From Candidatus Marinacidobacterium sp. (lineage in GTDB: Bacteria > Acidobacteriota > Vicinamibacteria > Marinacidobacterales > Marinacidobacteraceae), in assembly GCA_965250045.1 (NCBI GenBank), contig CBDFNG010000001.1, positions 6,164 to 70,163 of the forward strand: a stretch of DNA of 64,000 nucleotides, read 5' to 3'. The notes beneath the pieces were generated by a model. The model ran no database searches, was not told the origin of the DNA, and saw only the letters and a list, made by a program, of their open reading frames with translations. The translations under genes were made by a program, and so were the position numbers. Positions 30,927 to 42,936 of the stretch are shown here, one piece after another. Position 1 is the first letter of the stretch, and each line of letters begins with the position of its first letter.

Positions 30927-31799
30927 ATGTTCTTCCTTCAACTCACCCTCAGTGGGCTCATGCAGGGCGCGATCTACGCACTGATCGCGCTTTCGCTGAC
31001 CGTGGTCTACCGGGCGACGACCATCGTCAACTTCGGGCACGGCGACTTCGTCATGGCCGGCGCCTTCGTGGTCTACGTCCTGGTGGTCTACCTCGGCATG
31101 CCCTATGTGCCGGCCTCCGTTCTGGCCGTCGCGATTCTCTTTCTCCTGGGCGTGGCCATCAGCCGTGGCTTCATCGACCCCATCAAGGCGGGTCCGCACA
31201 TCGGCTTCGCCATGATGAGCATCTCGCTCGGCTACGTGCTCAGGGGCGGCGCGCGGACGCTATGGGGACGTGAGGTCTTTCCCATGCCCCAGGTCTTCGA
31301 CATGGAGCCCATCTTCATCGACGAGCTGGTGGTCACCGGCGACGTACTGTTCATTTCCGCCATCGTGGCGACACTGATGGTGGTGTTCTTCCTGGTGTTC
31401 TACCGCACCACGATCGGCACCGTCATTCAGGCCGTCTATCAGTCCGAGCGCGGAGCGACGCTGATTGGCATCAACGTCGATGCGTTCCATCAAACCATGT
31501 GGGGTGTCGGTCTGGCCATGGGGGCGATGGGCGGGATACTGATCGCACCCATCTCGCTGCTGCATCCGGACCTCGGCGCGACGTTCCTGATTCGCGGATT
31601 CGCGGCCATGACCCTCGGCGGTTTCGGGTCGCTCGGCGGCGCTGTCGTGGGAGGTCTGCTGCTGGGGGTCGCGGAGCAGAACTTCGGCTTCTACATCAAC
31701 TCCGCGTTGATCGACATCACTGCCTATCTGGTCATCGTCGCGGTGCTGGTCATCCGTCCCGCCGGCCTGTTCGGCAAGACCGTCACGGTCCGCGTGTGA
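30927..31799 (+). CDS. livH: Branched-chain amino acid ABC transporter permease (LivH family)
   Basis: 290 aa polytopic protein with N-terminus MFFLQLTLSGLMQGAIYALIALSLTVVY, typical of LivH. Confidence 0.9.
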   Translation: MFFLQLTLSGLMQGAIYALIALSLTVVYRATTIVNFGHGDFVMAGAFVVYVLVVYLGMPYVPASVLAVAILFLLGVAISRGFIDPIKAGPHIGFAMMSISLGYVLRGGARTLWGREVFPMPQVFDMEPIFIDELVVTGDVLFISAIVATLMVVFFLVFYRTTIGTVIQAVYQSERGATLIGINVDAFHQTMWGVGLAMGAMGGILIAPISLLHPDLGATFLIRGFAAMTLGGFGSLGGAVVGGLLLGVAEQNFGFYINSALIDITAYLVIVAVLVIRPAGLFGKTVTVRV

Positions 31800-31809
31800 T
31801 GCGACGAGC

Positions 31810-32790
31810 ATGAGCCAGACCCGATCAGGTTCGGTGCCTACGATGACGCGGTGGCGGCGGATCTACTACGTCGTACCCGTCGTCGCCCTGATCATTCCGT
31901 TCCTGACCAACGACTACCTGTTGTGGGTGGTCAACGCCATGCTGGTCTACAGCCTTGTGACGGTGGGATTCAACATCGTCATCGGCAACCTCGGCCAACT
32001 CGCCTTTGCCAACACCGCGTTCTTCGGGATTGGCTCCTATACGACGGCGATCCTCATGGTTTACCTCGGGTTTCCCTACCCGCTCGCGATCGTCGTCTCC
32101 GCGGTCACGGGAGGCATTGCCGGCTTTCTCGCGAGTGTCGCCGCATTGCGGGGGATCCGGCTCTACTATCTCGCCATCATCACCCTCGCATTCGGCGAAC
32201 TCATGCGCTGGGTGTATCTGCATGGCGACAAGGTCACGAAGGGATCCGACGGCCTGCTGCTGCCGCCGGCGAGCTTCCTCGGCGTCCCGCTCGACTCGGA
32301 AGCGCCCAAGTTCTACGTCTTCCTGCTGTTGACCGTCCTGGTCATCAAGGCCACCTCCAATCTGATGCGGTCCAGAATCGGGCGCGCCATCGTCGCCATC
32401 CGCGACAACGAGGCGTCGACTGCATCGCTCGGGATCCATACCGCGCGATATGTCGTTCTGGCGTTTGTCTGGAGCGGGGCCGTGGTGGGAATTGCCGGCG
32501 CCATGTTCGCGGTGCTGACCGAGCGCGTATTGCCGGAAGCCTTCGGATTGACGGAGGTCATCATCCACTTCGGAATGGTCCTGGTCGGCGGCACCGGCAG
32601 CATCGTCGGCAGCGTGCTCGGGGCCATCACCCTGACTGCGATGCCGGAATACTTCCGACAATTCCCGGGGATGGACGAGCTGTTCTTCGGCGCCGTCATC
32701 GTGCTGGTGCTGCTGTTCCTGCCGAAGGGCCTGATCAGCCTGTTGTGCCGCATCTCGCCCGTGTTCAACGAGCGGTACTACCGGGACTAG
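31810..32790 (+). CDS. livM: Branched-chain amino acid ABC transporter permease (LivM family)
   Basis: 326 aa polytopic protein with GQLAFANTAFFGIGSYT, typical of LivM. Confidence 0.9.
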   Translation: MSQTRSGSVPTMTRWRRIYYVVPVVALIIPFLTNDYLLWVVNAMLVYSLVTVGFNIVIGNLGQLAFANTAFFGIGSYTTAILMVYLGFPYPLAIVVSAVTGGIAGFLASVAALRGIRLYYLAIITLAFGELMRWVYLHGDKVTKGSDGLLLPPASFLGVPLDSEAPKFYVFLLLTVLVIKATSNLMRSRIGRAIVAIRDNEASTASLGIHTARYVVLAFVWSGAVVGIAGAMFAVLTERVLPEAFGLTEVIIHFGMVLVGGTGSIVGSVLGAITLTAMPEYFRQFPGMDELFFGAVIVLVLLFLPKGLISLLCRISPVFNERYYRD

Positions 32791-32808
32791 CTCCCGGGAC
32801 CCCGCCGC

Positions 32809-32844
32809 CCCGGAATCAGACCCGGAATCAGACCCAGGATCAGT
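32809..32844 (+). repeat. 12-bp tandem repeat (three units, last degenerate) in the livM-livG spacer
   Basis: cccggaatcaga / cccggaatcaga / cccaggatcagt, running into the livG start codon. Confidence 0.6.
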
Positions 32845-32845
32845 G

Positions 32846-33610
32846 ATGGAGCCGCTACTCAGGCTACAGGACGTCTCGGTCCGGTTCGCCGGTCTCAAGG
32901 CGCTCGCTGGAGTGACCTTCGACGCCCATGGCGGAGAGGTGCGCGCTGTCATCGGGCCCAACGGAGCCGGCAAGACGACGCTGTTCAACGTCATTTCCGG
33001 CTACGTGCCGGCATCCGATGGCGCTATCCACTTCAAGGGCGAGCCGATCCATGGGCTTGCGCCGCACGACATCTCGGTGATGGGCGTACGCCGCACCTTC
33101 CAGAATGGCGGACTGTTCCCCGAATTGACGGTGCTGGAGAACGTGCTGGCCGGGCTTCACGTCCAGATCGACAGCAGCTTCCTGGGAATCGTCTTCGGCT
33201 CGCGGGCGGCGCGGGAGGCGGAGCGCGAAGGCCTGGCTCGGGCGCGCCGGCTCCTCGACCTGATGGACCTCGGGGCCATCGCCGATCAGCCGGTCAAGGA
33301 TCTTTCCGGCGGCCAGCAACGCATGGTGGAAATCGTCCGCACCCTGGCCACGGATCCGCCGCTGCTGCTTCTCGACGAGCCCGTCGTCGGCCTGTCGCCG
33401 CCGATGCGGGATCGCATGATGGAGATCATCCGGCGTCTGGCCGGCGAGGAGGGGATCGGGATCATGCTCATCGAGCATGTCATCGATCTGGTCATGGCCG
33501 GCTCCGACGTCATCGTCGTCCTCAGCTCCGGCGAGATGATCGCGGAGGGCACGCCGGACGAGGTCAGGCAGAACCGCGAGGTCCTGGAGGCATATCTTGG
33601 GCACGCCTGA
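32846..33610 (+). CDS. livG: ABC transporter ATP-binding protein (LivG family)
   Basis: Walker A GPNGAGKTT, LSGGQQRMVEIVR, LLLDEP. A GTG at 32843 is also possible. Confidence 0.9.
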   Translation: MEPLLRLQDVSVRFAGLKALAGVTFDAHGGEVRAVIGPNGAGKTTLFNVISGYVPASDGAIHFKGEPIHGLAPHDISVMGVRRTFQNGGLFPELTVLENVLAGLHVQIDSSFLGIVFGSRAAREAEREGLARARRLLDLMDLGAIADQPVKDLSGGQQRMVEIVRTLATDPPLLLLDEPVVGLSPPMRDRMMEIIRRLAGEEGIGIMLIEHVIDLVMAGSDVIVVLSSGEMIAEGTPDEVRQNREVLEAYLGHA

Positions 33611-34316
33611 GTCACTGTTGAGCGTCGATGGCCTCCACGTGTCCTACGGCGCCAAGCAGGTACTGCGCGGCATCGACTACCACATTTCGGAGCGCGAGGT
33701 GGTCGCCGTTCTCGGCGCCAACGGAAGCGGCAAGTCGACCTCGCTGAACACCATCAGCGGCTTCGTCTCCCCGAACGCCGGCAGGATCGTGTTCGACGGC
33801 ATCGACATCACCGAGCTTCCCGCCCACCGGATCTTCCGTCTCGGCGTCATACAGGTGTCCCAATCGCGCGACCTGTTTCCGTTTCTGACCGTGGAACACA
33901 ATCTGCGGCTCGGCGGCGTGGTCCGAAACCGCGACGAGATCGAGGCACGACTGGAACAGGTCTTCGAATACTTCCCGCGTCTGAAGGAACGCCGCGGGCA
34001 GCAGGCCCGAACGCTGTCCGGCGGCGAGCAGCAGATGGCGGCCATCGGGCGCGCCGTCATGGCGAAGCCGCGGCTGTTGCTGCTCGACGAGCCATCCGGT
34101 GGACTGGCCCCCCAGTTCATCAACGAGATCGGGACCATCATCCAGGCCCTGAAGGACGACGGCGCGACCATTCTGATGGTGGAGCAGAATCTGGCTCTCG
34201 CCTTCAAGGTCGCCGACCGGTTCATCATCCTGCGCGACGGCGTGGTCAGCGACGGCGGCTTCGTACGAGCCCTGGAAGGAAATTACGACGATATCGTCAG
34301 GACCATTTATCTCTAG
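33597..34316 (+). CDS. livF: ABC transporter ATP-binding protein (LivF family)
   Basis: Walker A GANGSGKST, LSGGEQQMAAIGR, LLLDEPS. TTG start overlaps the livG end. Confidence 0.9.
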   Translation: MGTPESLLSVDGLHVSYGAKQVLRGIDYHISEREVVAVLGANGSGKSTSLNTISGFVSPNAGRIVFDGIDITELPAHRIFRLGVIQVSQSRDLFPFLTVEHNLRLGGVVRNRDEIEARLEQVFEYFPRLKERRGQQARTLSGGEQQMAAIGRAVMAKPRLLLLDEPSGGLAPQFINEIGTIIQALKDDGATILMVEQNLALAFKVADRFIILRDGVVSDGGFVRALEGNYDDIVRTIYL

Positions 34317-34493
34317 CCCGGTGTTCTCCCCGGCCCCGGGTCGCGCATCCGACTGCATCGGCCGCGCTGTGGCACGTCCTGACTCGACACGCCTTGTCTC
34401 AGCCGCCGCCCCGCGCCTTTACTTCGCGACCTGTCGAGATACCCGGGTCAGCGCCCGATCGCATACGCCTGCATGAACTGCGGCGTCTCCGAC

Positions 34494-35912
34494 TCAGACG
34501 TGAATGGCCCGTCCGTCCAGCGCGAGGGCGGCTTCGTGCATCGCCTCGGCGAGGGTGGGGTGGGCGTGGATGGTTCGCGCGATGTCCTCGGCGCTCGCGT
34601 CGAAGGCCATCGCGACCACCGCCTCGGCGATCAGCTCCGATGCGTTCGCCGCGAATATGTGGACGCCGAGGATGCGGTCGGTGGCGGCATCGGCGATGAC
34701 CTTGACTACCCCGTCGGTCTCTCCGGAGCCTTGGGCGCGGCCGCTGGCAAGAAACGGGAAGGCACCCGCCCGGTGCTCGACGCCGGCTGCGTCGAGCTCG
34801 GCCTCGGTCCTGCCGACCCACGCGATCTCCGGGTGGGTGTAGATGACCCAGGGGATGATGCCGTGGTCGACGTGCGTGGCGTATCCCGCGATGCGCTCGG
34901 TGACCGCGACGCCTTCCTCGGATGCCTTGTGCGCGAGCATCGGCCCTGCCACCGCGTCTCCGATTGCCCAGATGCCGTCCGCGCTGGTGCGACAATGTCC
35001 ATCGACGAGGATGCGGCCGTGACCATCCAGTTCGACGCCGGCCGCGGCCGGATCTAGACCCTCGGTGTTCGCGCAACGGCCGACCGCGACGACGAGTCGA
35101 TCGAACTCGTACTCGTGCTGTCCACTAGCGTCCTCGTAGCTCACCGTGACTCCGCTGCCGTGTGGGCGCGCGCCGGTTACCCGCGCTCCGAGCCGGATGT
35201 CGAGTCCCTGCCGGGTGAGCACCTTCAACGCCTCACCCGCGATTCGTTGGTCCGCGGCGGGGAGGAAGTCGTCGAGCGCCTCCAGGATCGTCACCTCGGA
35301 GCCGAGCCGCCCCCACACGCTGCCGAGCTCGAGGCCGATGACCCCCGCTCCGATGATGCCGAGCCGTCTCGGGACCTCGGAGAACGTGAGCGCGCCTTCG
35401 TTGTCGACGATGCGATCGCCATCGACCTCGGCGACCCGGATCCGAATCGGAACCGAGCCGGTGGCAAGGACGATGTGCCGCGCGGCCAGGCTCCGGCGCT
35501 CGCCGGAGCCGTGCAGGGCGACCTCGACCCGGCCATCTCCCTTGAGGGTGGCGAGACCAGGGATCGATTCGATCTTGTTCTTGCGCAGCAGGCTGGCGAC
35601 CCCGCGGGTCAGGGTCTTCACCACCTTGTCCTTGCGCGCGAGCATCCGGCCGAGATCGAGTTTTACGTCGCCCGCATCGATGCCGTGCGCGGGCAGCAGG
35701 TGGCGTACGTTGTGATAGTGGTGCGACGAATCGAGAAGCGCCTTCGATGGGATGCACCCGACGTTCAGGCACGTTCCGCCGAGAGCCGGTCGGCCGCGTG
35801 GATCGAGCCAGGCGTCCACGCACGCCGTCGCGAGCCCGAGCTGCGCGGCCCGGATCGCCGCGACGTACCCGCCGGGGCCGGCTCCGATGACCACGACGTC
35901 GAAATCGTCCAT
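34494..35912 (-). CDS. lpdA: Dihydrolipoyl dehydrogenase (E3)
   Basis: GAGPGGYVAAIRAAQLG, redox-active GGTCLNVGCIPSK, C-terminal HAHPTLAE. Confidence 0.95.
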   Translation of the reverse strand: MDDFDVVVIGAGPGGYVAAIRAAQLGLATACVDAWLDPRGRPALGGTCLNVGCIPSKALLDSSHHYHNVRHLLPAHGIDAGDVKLDLGRMLARKDKVVKTLTRGVASLLRKNKIESIPGLATLKGDGRVEVALHGSGERRSLAARHIVLATGSVPIRIRVAEVDGDRIVDNEGALTFSEVPRRLGIIGAGVIGLELGSVWGRLGSEVTILEALDDFLPAADQRIAGEALKVLTRQGLDIRLGARVTGARPHGSGVTVSYEDASGQHEYEFDRLVVAVGRCANTEGLDPAAAGVELDGHGRILVDGHCRTSADGIWAIGDAVAGPMLAHKASEEGVAVTERIAGYATHVDHGIIPWVIYTHPEIAWVGRTEAELDAAGVEHRAGAFPFLASGRAQGSGETDGVVKVIADAATDRILGVHIFAANASELIAEAVVAMAFDASAEDIARTIHAHPTLAEAMHEAALALDGRAIHV

Positions 35913-35971
35913 AGGCTATTTCTCTCAATCGGTGCGCGGCCCGGCGCGACGGCCCGGCGATCGACGCGGAT

Positions 35972-37252
<1,281 letters not shown>

Positions 37253-37336
37253 TGCGGTATCTCCTCAGACGTTGACAATTCGCGGCCGGACACCCATTCG
37301 AGGGCTCACCGGCAATCCCACTGCAAGAGATCTCTT

Positions 37337-37368
37337 CATCGCCGCGCGGCCGCCCCGGCGCGGCGATG
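37337..37368 (-). repeat. Intercistronic hairpin between sucA and sucB, adjacent to a 12-bp palindrome
   Basis: catcgccgcgc-N10-gcgcggcgatg (perfect 11-bp stem). Neighbouring aagagatctctt (37325-37336) is a perfect palindrome. Confidence 0.5.
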
Positions 37369-37380
37369 CTTCGGTTCTTC

Positions 37381-40173
37381 TCACGCGCTCTTCTTGCGTG
37401 ACGCCGCCTGGTCGAGGCCCAGCGCGGTCTCGACCAGGGCCCGCTGCTGGCTGGTGTGCACGTTGAGATAGCCCGCGGCGGGTGACGCCGAGTAGTCGCG
37501 GCCGGCGTAGACCAGCTTGTGCTTGCGTTGTATGCATCCCGCGAGGTGGCGCCGCGAGAGCATGAAGAACCAGCTTCCCTGGTTGCGCGGCTCTTCTTGT
37601 GCCCAGCAGATCTCGGTCGCTTTCGGGTACGCCTTGAGGATTGCCCGAATCTCCTCTTCCGGAAACGGATAGAGCTGCTCCACTCGGACGAGGGCGACAT
37701 GCCGCAGCCCGGCTTCGCGCCGCCGTTCCAGAATGTTGTAGTAAACCTTGCCGGAACACATCACGAGCCGCGTCACCTGACCCGGGTCGATATCGTCGAT
37801 CTCGTCGATGAGTACCTGGAACCCGTCCGTGCACAGATCCTCCCGCGTCGAGACCGACATCCGGTGCCGCAGCAGGCTCTTTGGACTCATGATGGCGAGC
37901 GGCTTGCGATAGGGACGCAGGAGCTGGCGCCTGAGGAGATGGAACATCTGCGCCGGGGTCGTCGGCACGCAGACCTGCATGTTGTCCTCCGCGCAGAGCT
38001 GGAGGAAACGCTCGAGTCGGGCCGACGAGTGCTCGGGCCCCTGGCCGTCGTACCCATGCGGGAGCATCAGCACCAGTCCGCAGAACCGCCCCCACTTCGC
38101 CTCCGAGGAGCTGAGGAACTGATCGATGACGATCTGGGCAACGTTCACGAAGTCCCCGAACTGCGCCTCCCAGATGGTCAGCCCCTCCGGCTCGGCGGTG
38201 CAGTAGCCGTACTCGAACCCGAGAACCGCGACCTCCGAGAGCAGCGAGTTGATGGCGCGGAATCGGGGCTGGCCGTCGAACAGGTGTTCGAGCGGCGTAT
38301 GGGTGCCGAACCGCTTCTGGTTGTGCAGCACCGCGTGGCGATGAAAGAACGTGCCGCGCTGGCTGTCCTGGCCGGACAGACGTACCGAGTAGCCGTCCTC
38401 CAGGAGCGTGGCGTATGCGAGGTTCTCGGCGAAGCCCCAGTCCATCGGCCGGTCGCCGCGAGCCATCTCCAGACGTGCGTCGATGATCCGCTTCACACTG
38501 CGGTGCAGCTCGAAATCGCCGGCCGGATACTCGCAGAGCTTCCTGCCGAGACGTTCGATGCGTTCGATCGTCACCGTGGTGTCACCGGGGGCTCGCCAGT
38601 CGGCCCCGATGTACGGCGTCCAGTCGGCGAGGTACTCGTTCTCTCCGTCGTCGACGAGCGGTCTCGACACCACGCGATTCGCTTCGAGGGCGGCGAGATA
38701 TCCGTCGGACATCGCCTCCGGCTCGCCGGGCTCGATGACGCCTTCGGCGACGAGCCGATCCGCGTAGAACTTGCGCGGGCCCGACTGGTCGCGGATCTTG
38801 TTGTACATCATCGGCTGGGTCGCGAGTGGCTCGTCGGCCTCGTTGTGGCCGTAGCGGCGGAAGCAGATCATGTCGATGACGACGTCTTTCTTGAACCGCA
38901 TTCGAAAGTCGAGGGCGAGCTTGGCGACGAAGACCACCGCCTCCGCGTCGTTGCCGTTGACGTGGAAGATCGGCGCTTGCACGAGCTTCGCGACGTCGGT
39001 GCAGTACAGGGTTGAGCGCGAGTCGAGAGGATCGCTGGTGGTGAAGCCGATCTGGTTGTTCACCACGACGTGCACGGTCCCCCCGGTGCCGTATCCGCGC
39101 GTCTCCGAGAGATTGAGGGTCTCAGTCACCACCCCCTGGCCGGAGAAGGCGGCGTCGCCGTGGATCAGGATCGGCAGCACCTGGTCGCGGGCGGAGTCTC
39201 CGCGGCGCTCCTGCCGCGCCCGGACCGATCCCTCGACGACCGGATTGATGATCTCCAGATGCGACGGATTGAACGCGAGCACCAGATGGATCGGCCCGCC
39301 CGGCGTCTCCACCGTGGAGGAGAAGCCGAGGTGGTACTTGACGTCGCCGGATCCGGCTCCGATGCCGATCTCTCCTTCGAACTCTCCGAACAGCACCTTG
39401 GGATGCTTGCCGAGGATGTTCACCAGCACATTGAGCCGCCCGCGATGCGCCATGCCGATGACCGCCTCGCGTACGCCCCGGCTCCCAGCGTCCTGCACGA
39501 CCTCATCGAGGAGCGGGATGAGATTCTCTCCGCCTTCGAGCGAGAACCGCTTCTGGCCGACGTACTTGCGGTGCAGGTAGTCCTCGAGCTTGCGGGCCGC
39601 GGTGACCCAGCGCAGGACGTCGCGTTTCTTCGCCGCGTCGAAGCTCGGACGTCCCCGGCACAGCTCGAGCCGCTCCTGCACCCACCGCTTCTGCTCGGTC
39701 GAGGAGAGGTGTGTCACCTCGGCGCCGATCGATCCACGGTACGTGTCGCGCACCAGTTCGTGGATCTCGCGAAGCGTCGCCTCCGGCTTGCCGGTATGGA
39801 GCGTTCCCGTATTGAACACACGGTCGAGGTCGTCCTCGCCGAATCCGTAGTGCTCGGGATAGAGATCCGGGACCGGCGGCCGCTGGTAGACTTTGATGGG
39901 GTCGAGATCCGCTCCCCGGTGACCGCGGTACCGATTCGCGTTGATGAGCGCCAGCACCTTCATCTGCTGCTTCGTGAAATCGGATACCTGTTTCGTCGTG
40001 AGTCCGGAGACATCGCTCGCCGCCGCTCCGGAAGGGGGGGCGGAGTCGCCGTCGATGCCGGCGAAGAATTCGCCCCACCGCGGGTCGACCGACTTCGGGT
40101 CCCGGCGGTAGGCGAGATAGAGCGCGTCGAGGAAATCGGCGTTCCCGATTCGGAGCAGGGACGAATCCATCAT
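37381..40173 (-). CDS. sucA: 2-oxoglutarate dehydrogenase E1 component
   Basis: 930 aa with N-terminus FLDALYLAYRRDP and ThDP-binding region GDAAFSGQGVV. Confidence 0.95.
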   Translation of the reverse strand: MMDSSLLRIGNADFLDALYLAYRRDPKSVDPRWGEFFAGIDGDSAPPSGAAASDVSGLTTKQVSDFTKQQMKVLALINANRYRGHRGADLDPIKVYQRPPVPDLYPEHYGFGEDDLDRVFNTGTLHTGKPEATLREIHELVRDTYRGSIGAEVTHLSSTEQKRWVQERLELCRGRPSFDAAKKRDVLRWVTAARKLEDYLHRKYVGQKRFSLEGGENLIPLLDEVVQDAGSRGVREAVIGMAHRGRLNVLVNILGKHPKVLFGEFEGEIGIGAGSGDVKYHLGFSSTVETPGGPIHLVLAFNPSHLEIINPVVEGSVRARQERRGDSARDQVLPILIHGDAAFSGQGVVTETLNLSETRGYGTGGTVHVVVNNQIGFTTSDPLDSRSTLYCTDVAKLVQAPIFHVNGNDAEAVVFVAKLALDFRMRFKKDVVIDMICFRRYGHNEADEPLATQPMMYNKIRDQSGPRKFYADRLVAEGVIEPGEPEAMSDGYLAALEANRVVSRPLVDDGENEYLADWTPYIGADWRAPGDTTVTIERIERLGRKLCEYPAGDFELHRSVKRIIDARLEMARGDRPMDWGFAENLAYATLLEDGYSVRLSGQDSQRGTFFHRHAVLHNQKRFGTHTPLEHLFDGQPRFRAINSLLSEVAVLGFEYGYCTAEPEGLTIWEAQFGDFVNVAQIVIDQFLSSSEAKWGRFCGLVLMLPHGYDGQGPEHSSARLERFLQLCAEDNMQVCVPTTPAQMFHLLRRQLLRPYRKPLAIMSPKSLLRHRMSVSTREDLCTDGFQVLIDEIDDIDPGQVTRLVMCSGKVYYNILERRREAGLRHVALVRVEQLYPFPEEEIRAILKAYPKATEICWAQEEPRNQGSWFFMLSRRHLAGCIQRKHKLVYAGRDYSASPAAGYLNVHTSQQRALVETALGLDQAASRKKSA

Positions 40174-40451
40174 TCCATCCTCGACTCAGATGGCTGAAGA
40201 CTCAGGCGAGCCAAAGTCTAGCCGATCAGAATCCGCGATTGGGTACAAAAACACGGATGCGTATGAGATCATGCGCCGCCGCACAGACTTTCACGTTCCC
40301 TGCGGAATTCACTACGGTGCTCCCGAGCCGGCCGGCATCGACATTTCCCAAGGGCCGTTCGCAAGACGGCCGGTAAGGCGGATTCGAATCCCGAAAGTCG
40401 TGTCTTGCCGGCTCGCCCGCGCCGGTCGAGCCCGAGTCACGAGAGAGCAAC

Positions 40452-41753
40452 ATGACAAATCGCAAGGTCGTTACGATTACCGACAACGCCTCGGAAGAGA
40501 GCCTCGAATGCGAGGTGCTCGAAGGCGTCCACGGACGCCCGGTCATCGACATCCGCTCCCTGCCGTCGAAGCTGGGCTACTTCACCTACGATCCCGGTTT
40601 CGCATCGACGGCGAGCTGCTCGAGCACGATCACCTACATCGACGGGCAGGAGGGGGTGCTGCTCTACCGTGGCTACCCGATTGAGCAGCTCGCCGAGCAC
40701 AGCAGCTTTCTCGAGATCTGCTACCTGCTGCTGTACGGCGAGCTGCCGGCGAAGGCGCAATGGGACGAATTCAACGCCGAGGTTCGACGCCATTCCATGG
40801 TCCACGAGGGAATCCGGCGGTTCATCGCCGGGTATCAGTACGACGCCCACCCGATGGGGATGCTCGTCGGCATCGTGGGCGCGCTCTCCACCTTCTATCA
40901 CGACGCCCTCGACATCAGTAACGCGGAGCATCGCGAGCTGGCCGCAATCCGCATGATCGCGAAGCTCCCGTCCATTGCCGCCGACTGCTACAAGTACAGT
41001 ATCGGCCAACCCTTCATGTATCCGATCAATTCGCTCGGCTACGTGGAGAACTTTCTCCAGATGATGTTCGCGGTTCGGGCCGAGCCGTACCTGCCGAGCC
41101 CGGTCGCGAGGCGCGCCCTGGAACTGATGATGATCCTCCACGCCGATCACGAGCAGAACGCGAGCACGTCCACAGTGCGTCTCGCGGGCAGCTCCGGCGC
41201 GAACCCCTACGCGTGCGTCGCGGCGGGAATCGCGACCCTCTGGGGGCCGGCCCACGGCGGCGCCAATGAAGCGGTGATCAACATGCTCCGGGACATCAGC
41301 GATCCCGCCGAGATCCCGAAGTACATCGCTCGTGCGAAGAACAAGGACGACCCGTTTCGCCTGATGGGCTTCGGCCACCGTGTCTACAAGAACTTCGATC
41401 CCCGCGCGACGCTGATCCGCCAGGCCTGTCACGACCTTCTCAAGGACCTCGACGCCGGCGACCAGCCACTGTTCGAGACCGCGCTGCGACTCGAGGAGAT
41501 CGCGCTCCAGGACGATTACTTCATCGAGCGCAACCTCTACCCCAACGTGGATTTCTACTCCGGCATCATTCTGAGCGCGCTGGGCATTCCGATGAACATG
41601 TTCACCGTGATCTTCGCCATCGCGCGCACCGTCGGCTGGGTGGCTCAGTGGATGGAGCTGGTCACCGACGAGGAGCAGCGCATCGGCCGCCCGCAGCAGC
41701 GCTACATAGGCGCGGCGCGGCGTGATTATGTGCGCATGAAGGCTCGAGGTTGA
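40452..41753 (+). CDS. gltA: Citrate synthase (type II)
   Basis: 433 aa with [21 protein letters not shown] and [14 protein letters not shown] motifs. Confidence 0.95.
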   Translation: MTNRKVVTITDNASEESLECEVLEGVHGRPVIDIRSLPSKLGYFTYDPGFASTASCSSTITYIDGQEGVLLYRGYPIEQLAEHSSFLEICYLLLYGELPAKAQWDEFNAEVRRHSMVHEGIRRFIAGYQYDAHPMGMLVGIVGALSTFYHDALDISNAEHRELAAIRMIAKLPSIAADCYKYSIGQPFMYPINSLGYVENFLQMMFAVRAEPYLPSPVARRALELMMILHADHEQNASTSTVRLAGSSGANPYACVAAGIATLWGPAHGGANEAVINMLRDISDPAEIPKYIARAKNKDDPFRLMGFGHRVYKNFDPRATLIRQACHDLLKDLDAGDQPLFETALRLEEIALQDDYFIERNLYPNVDFYSGIILSALGIPMNMFTVIFAIARTVGWVAQWMELVTDEEQRIGRPQQRYIGAARRDYVRMKARG

Positions 41754-41812
41754 CCACGGATCGAACGATCCATCGAAGAACAGAAGACCGGGACGAACAG
41801 GAGATTGGCGCG

Positions 41813-42790
41813 ATGACCTCACCCGCGAGAATCGCTGTCACCGGCGCGGCCGGCCAGATCGGATACTCGCTGCTGTTTCGTATCGCATCCGGCGAGATGC
41901 TCGGGCCGGATCGGCCGGTAGCGCTGAATCTGATGGAGATCACGCCCGCGCTCGGCGCGCTCGGGGGCGTGGTGATGGAGCTCAATGACTGCGCGTATCC
42001 GCTGCTGCAGGACATCGTGGTCACCGACGATCCGGCCGTCGCGTTCAAGGACGTCGATTACGCGATGCTCGTCGGTGCGAAGCCGCGCGGAAAAGGCATG
42101 GAGCGAGGGGATCTCCTCGCCGAGAACGGAAGGATCTTCGGCCCCCAGGGCCGGGCGCTCAACGACCACGCGAGTCGTGGCGTGAAGGTGCTGGTAATCG
42201 GCAACCCCGCGAATACGAATGCGCTCATCGCAATGCGCAACGCGCCGGATCTCGCACCGGCGCAGTTCTCGGCGATGATGCGGCTCGATCACAACCGGGC
42301 CATCAGCCAGGTGGCGGAGAAGACCGGGGCCGCGGTATCGGAGATCCGGCGGGTGACGATCTGGGGGAATCACTCCGCGACGCAGTATCCCGACTTGAAT
42401 CACGCCACGATCGGCGGCAGGCCGGCGATGGAGCTGCTCGACGCCGCTTGGGTTCGAGACCAGTTCATTCCGCGGGTGCAGAAACGCGGCGCCGAGATCA
42501 TCCAAGCGCGCGGTCTCTCCAGCGCGGCCTCCGCCGCCCACGCGGGGCTCTCGCACGTGCACGACTGGACCGGGGGCACCGCCGGCGGGGACTGGACCAG
42601 CATGGCCGTCCCGAGCGATGGAAGCTACGGCATTCCCGAAGGGCTGATCTACTCCTTCCCGGTCACCATCGAGAACGGCGCGTACCGCATCGTGCCGGGG
42701 CTCGACATCGACGAGTTCAGCCGCGAGAACATGGATGCGACGCGCGCCGAGCTCGAAGAGGAGCGTGACGCGGTCAAAGACCTGCTCTGA
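41813..42790 (+). CDS. mdh: Malate dehydrogenase (LDH-like long form)
   Basis: [24 protein letters not shown]-terminus, IWGNHS motif, 325 aa. Confidence 0.95.
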   Translation: MTSPARIAVTGAAGQIGYSLLFRIASGEMLGPDRPVALNLMEITPALGALGGVVMELNDCAYPLLQDIVVTDDPAVAFKDVDYAMLVGAKPRGKGMERGDLLAENGRIFGPQGRALNDHASRGVKVLVIGNPANTNALIAMRNAPDLAPAQFSAMMRLDHNRAISQVAEKTGAAVSEIRRVTIWGNHSATQYPDLNHATIGGRPAMELLDAAWVRDQFIPRVQKRGAEIIQARGLSSAASAAHAGLSHVHDWTGGTAGGDWTSMAVPSDGSYGIPEGLIYSFPVTIENGAYRIVPGLDIDEFSRENMDATRAELEEERDAVKDLL

Positions 42791-42891
42791 TCCGGAGGGA
42801 GGGGTGGAGAGCCGCTGCCATCGCGGGGCGGCTGTGTGCGAGGCCGCGGATTCAGCCCCGTACCGGCTTGGGTGTATGTGAACAAATGCTC

Positions 42892-42909
42892 CGTCCCGGT
42901 TTCGGGACG
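42892..42909 (-). terminator. Candidate intrinsic terminator after the STAS gene
   Basis: cgtcccg-gttt-cgggacg (7-bp stem, 4-nt loop) about 30 nt past the stop. On the minus strand it is followed by GAGCATTTGTT. Confidence 0.4.
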
Positions 42910-42936
42910 AGGCATCGAGATTTCGCGCCAGCCGGC

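Noticed and set aside
34370-34385. TGGCAC-containing sequence as a sigma54 promoter.
   Set aside because: The downstream element after 5 nt is GACT rather than TTGC, and the site lies between two convergent gene ends with nothing to transcribe.
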